Assembly (NCBI RefSeq): GCF_000143415.4
Contig: NW_003314265.1
Span: 3,778,443-3,842,442 of the forward strand
Length of the DNA: 64,000 bases
Reading direction: 5' to 3'
Source of the DNA: Selaginella moellendorffii
Lineage: Eukaryota > Plantae > Lycopodiophyta
Part shown: in pieces, positions 63,487-64,000 of the stretch
Position numbering within the stretch: the first letter of the stretch is position 1
Layout of the letters: every line of letters starts with the position of its first letter
Position numbers and translations under genes: made by a program
Notes under the pieces: generated by a model
What the model was told of the DNA's origin: nothing
Databases searched by the model: none
The model's input: the letters and a program-made list of their open reading frames with translations, nothing else

Positions 63487-64000
63487 GTATAATATCGCTC
63501 GCTCTCTATCAGCTCGAATCTCTTGGCGGCGCCATCGCGCAATCGCATTCCTTTTGCCTTTTTCTCCTTTTCTTGCTTGGATCTGTCGATGCGTTGTGTG
63601 TAATGCGGCACTCGAGGCCCCACGGTCGTGCATTGCTCTTCCTGCCTGTTAATTCTCTCCCTCCATCTCGTGCCGGCGATCGTGCTGCCTAAAAGGGAAT
63701 GGAATGGAAATTCCACGATCTCTGTCGCTCGCTCGCTCGCCCGAGAAAGTGTGTGCTCGTCCGTGTTGCCCAAATTATTTTTCCTCACTCCGCGAGGTGG
63801 GATTATTTTAAGCGCGGCATCGCAGTCACGTCATTACGGGATTGTTTTGTGATTGTTTTTGTGATTGACTTTTTGCGAGTGGTGTTGCGGAAATCTGCGT
63901 GCGCCGCGTCTCTGCTTTTTCTCCGCTGCGCCTGCGAATTCTTTGCGCATGCAAGGCGAAGCTCCGGCTGGAATGATTTGATTGCTCGTGGGAAAAATGC

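Noticed and set aside
63066-63788. 208-aa and 162-aa ORFs around APT exon 1
   Set aside because: Read-through of promoter and intron low-complexity sequence; only 63405-63486 has recognisable homology.

Overview
This is a compact, intron-rich land-plant nuclear window. Introns of about 50-90 bp, intergenic gaps of 100-200 bp and intronless PLS-type PPR genes best fit a lycophyte such as Selaginella (inference). Bases 1-26.9 kb are a tandem array of a ~6.2-kb unit. Each unit holds a 2-oxoglutarate/Fe(II) dioxygenase (minus strand) head-to-head with an intronless nodulin-like MFS transporter (plus strand) across a ~0.5-kb shared promoter. There are three complete pairs plus the tail of a fourth transporter; two pairs look intact and one pair is pseudogenised in both genes. 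Each spacer carries different retroelement sequence: a decayed gypsy fragment, a chromovirus lacking PR/RT and a TSD together with an inverted captured fragment, and a copia with mini-LTRs. Bases 27-64 kb are mostly ordinary genes: SRP54, aldose 1-epimerase, GT34, two patatins, U2 snRNA, a membrane protein, PPR, GSTF, cyclophilin-like, BUD31, SDR, AAP, SRP68, a FUT8-like GT, exportin-4, EB1 and the first exon of APT. Local oddities include a 43-bp antisense CDS overlap and a variant U2 snRNA. All calls come from reading the sequence and remembered family motifs; no searches were run.
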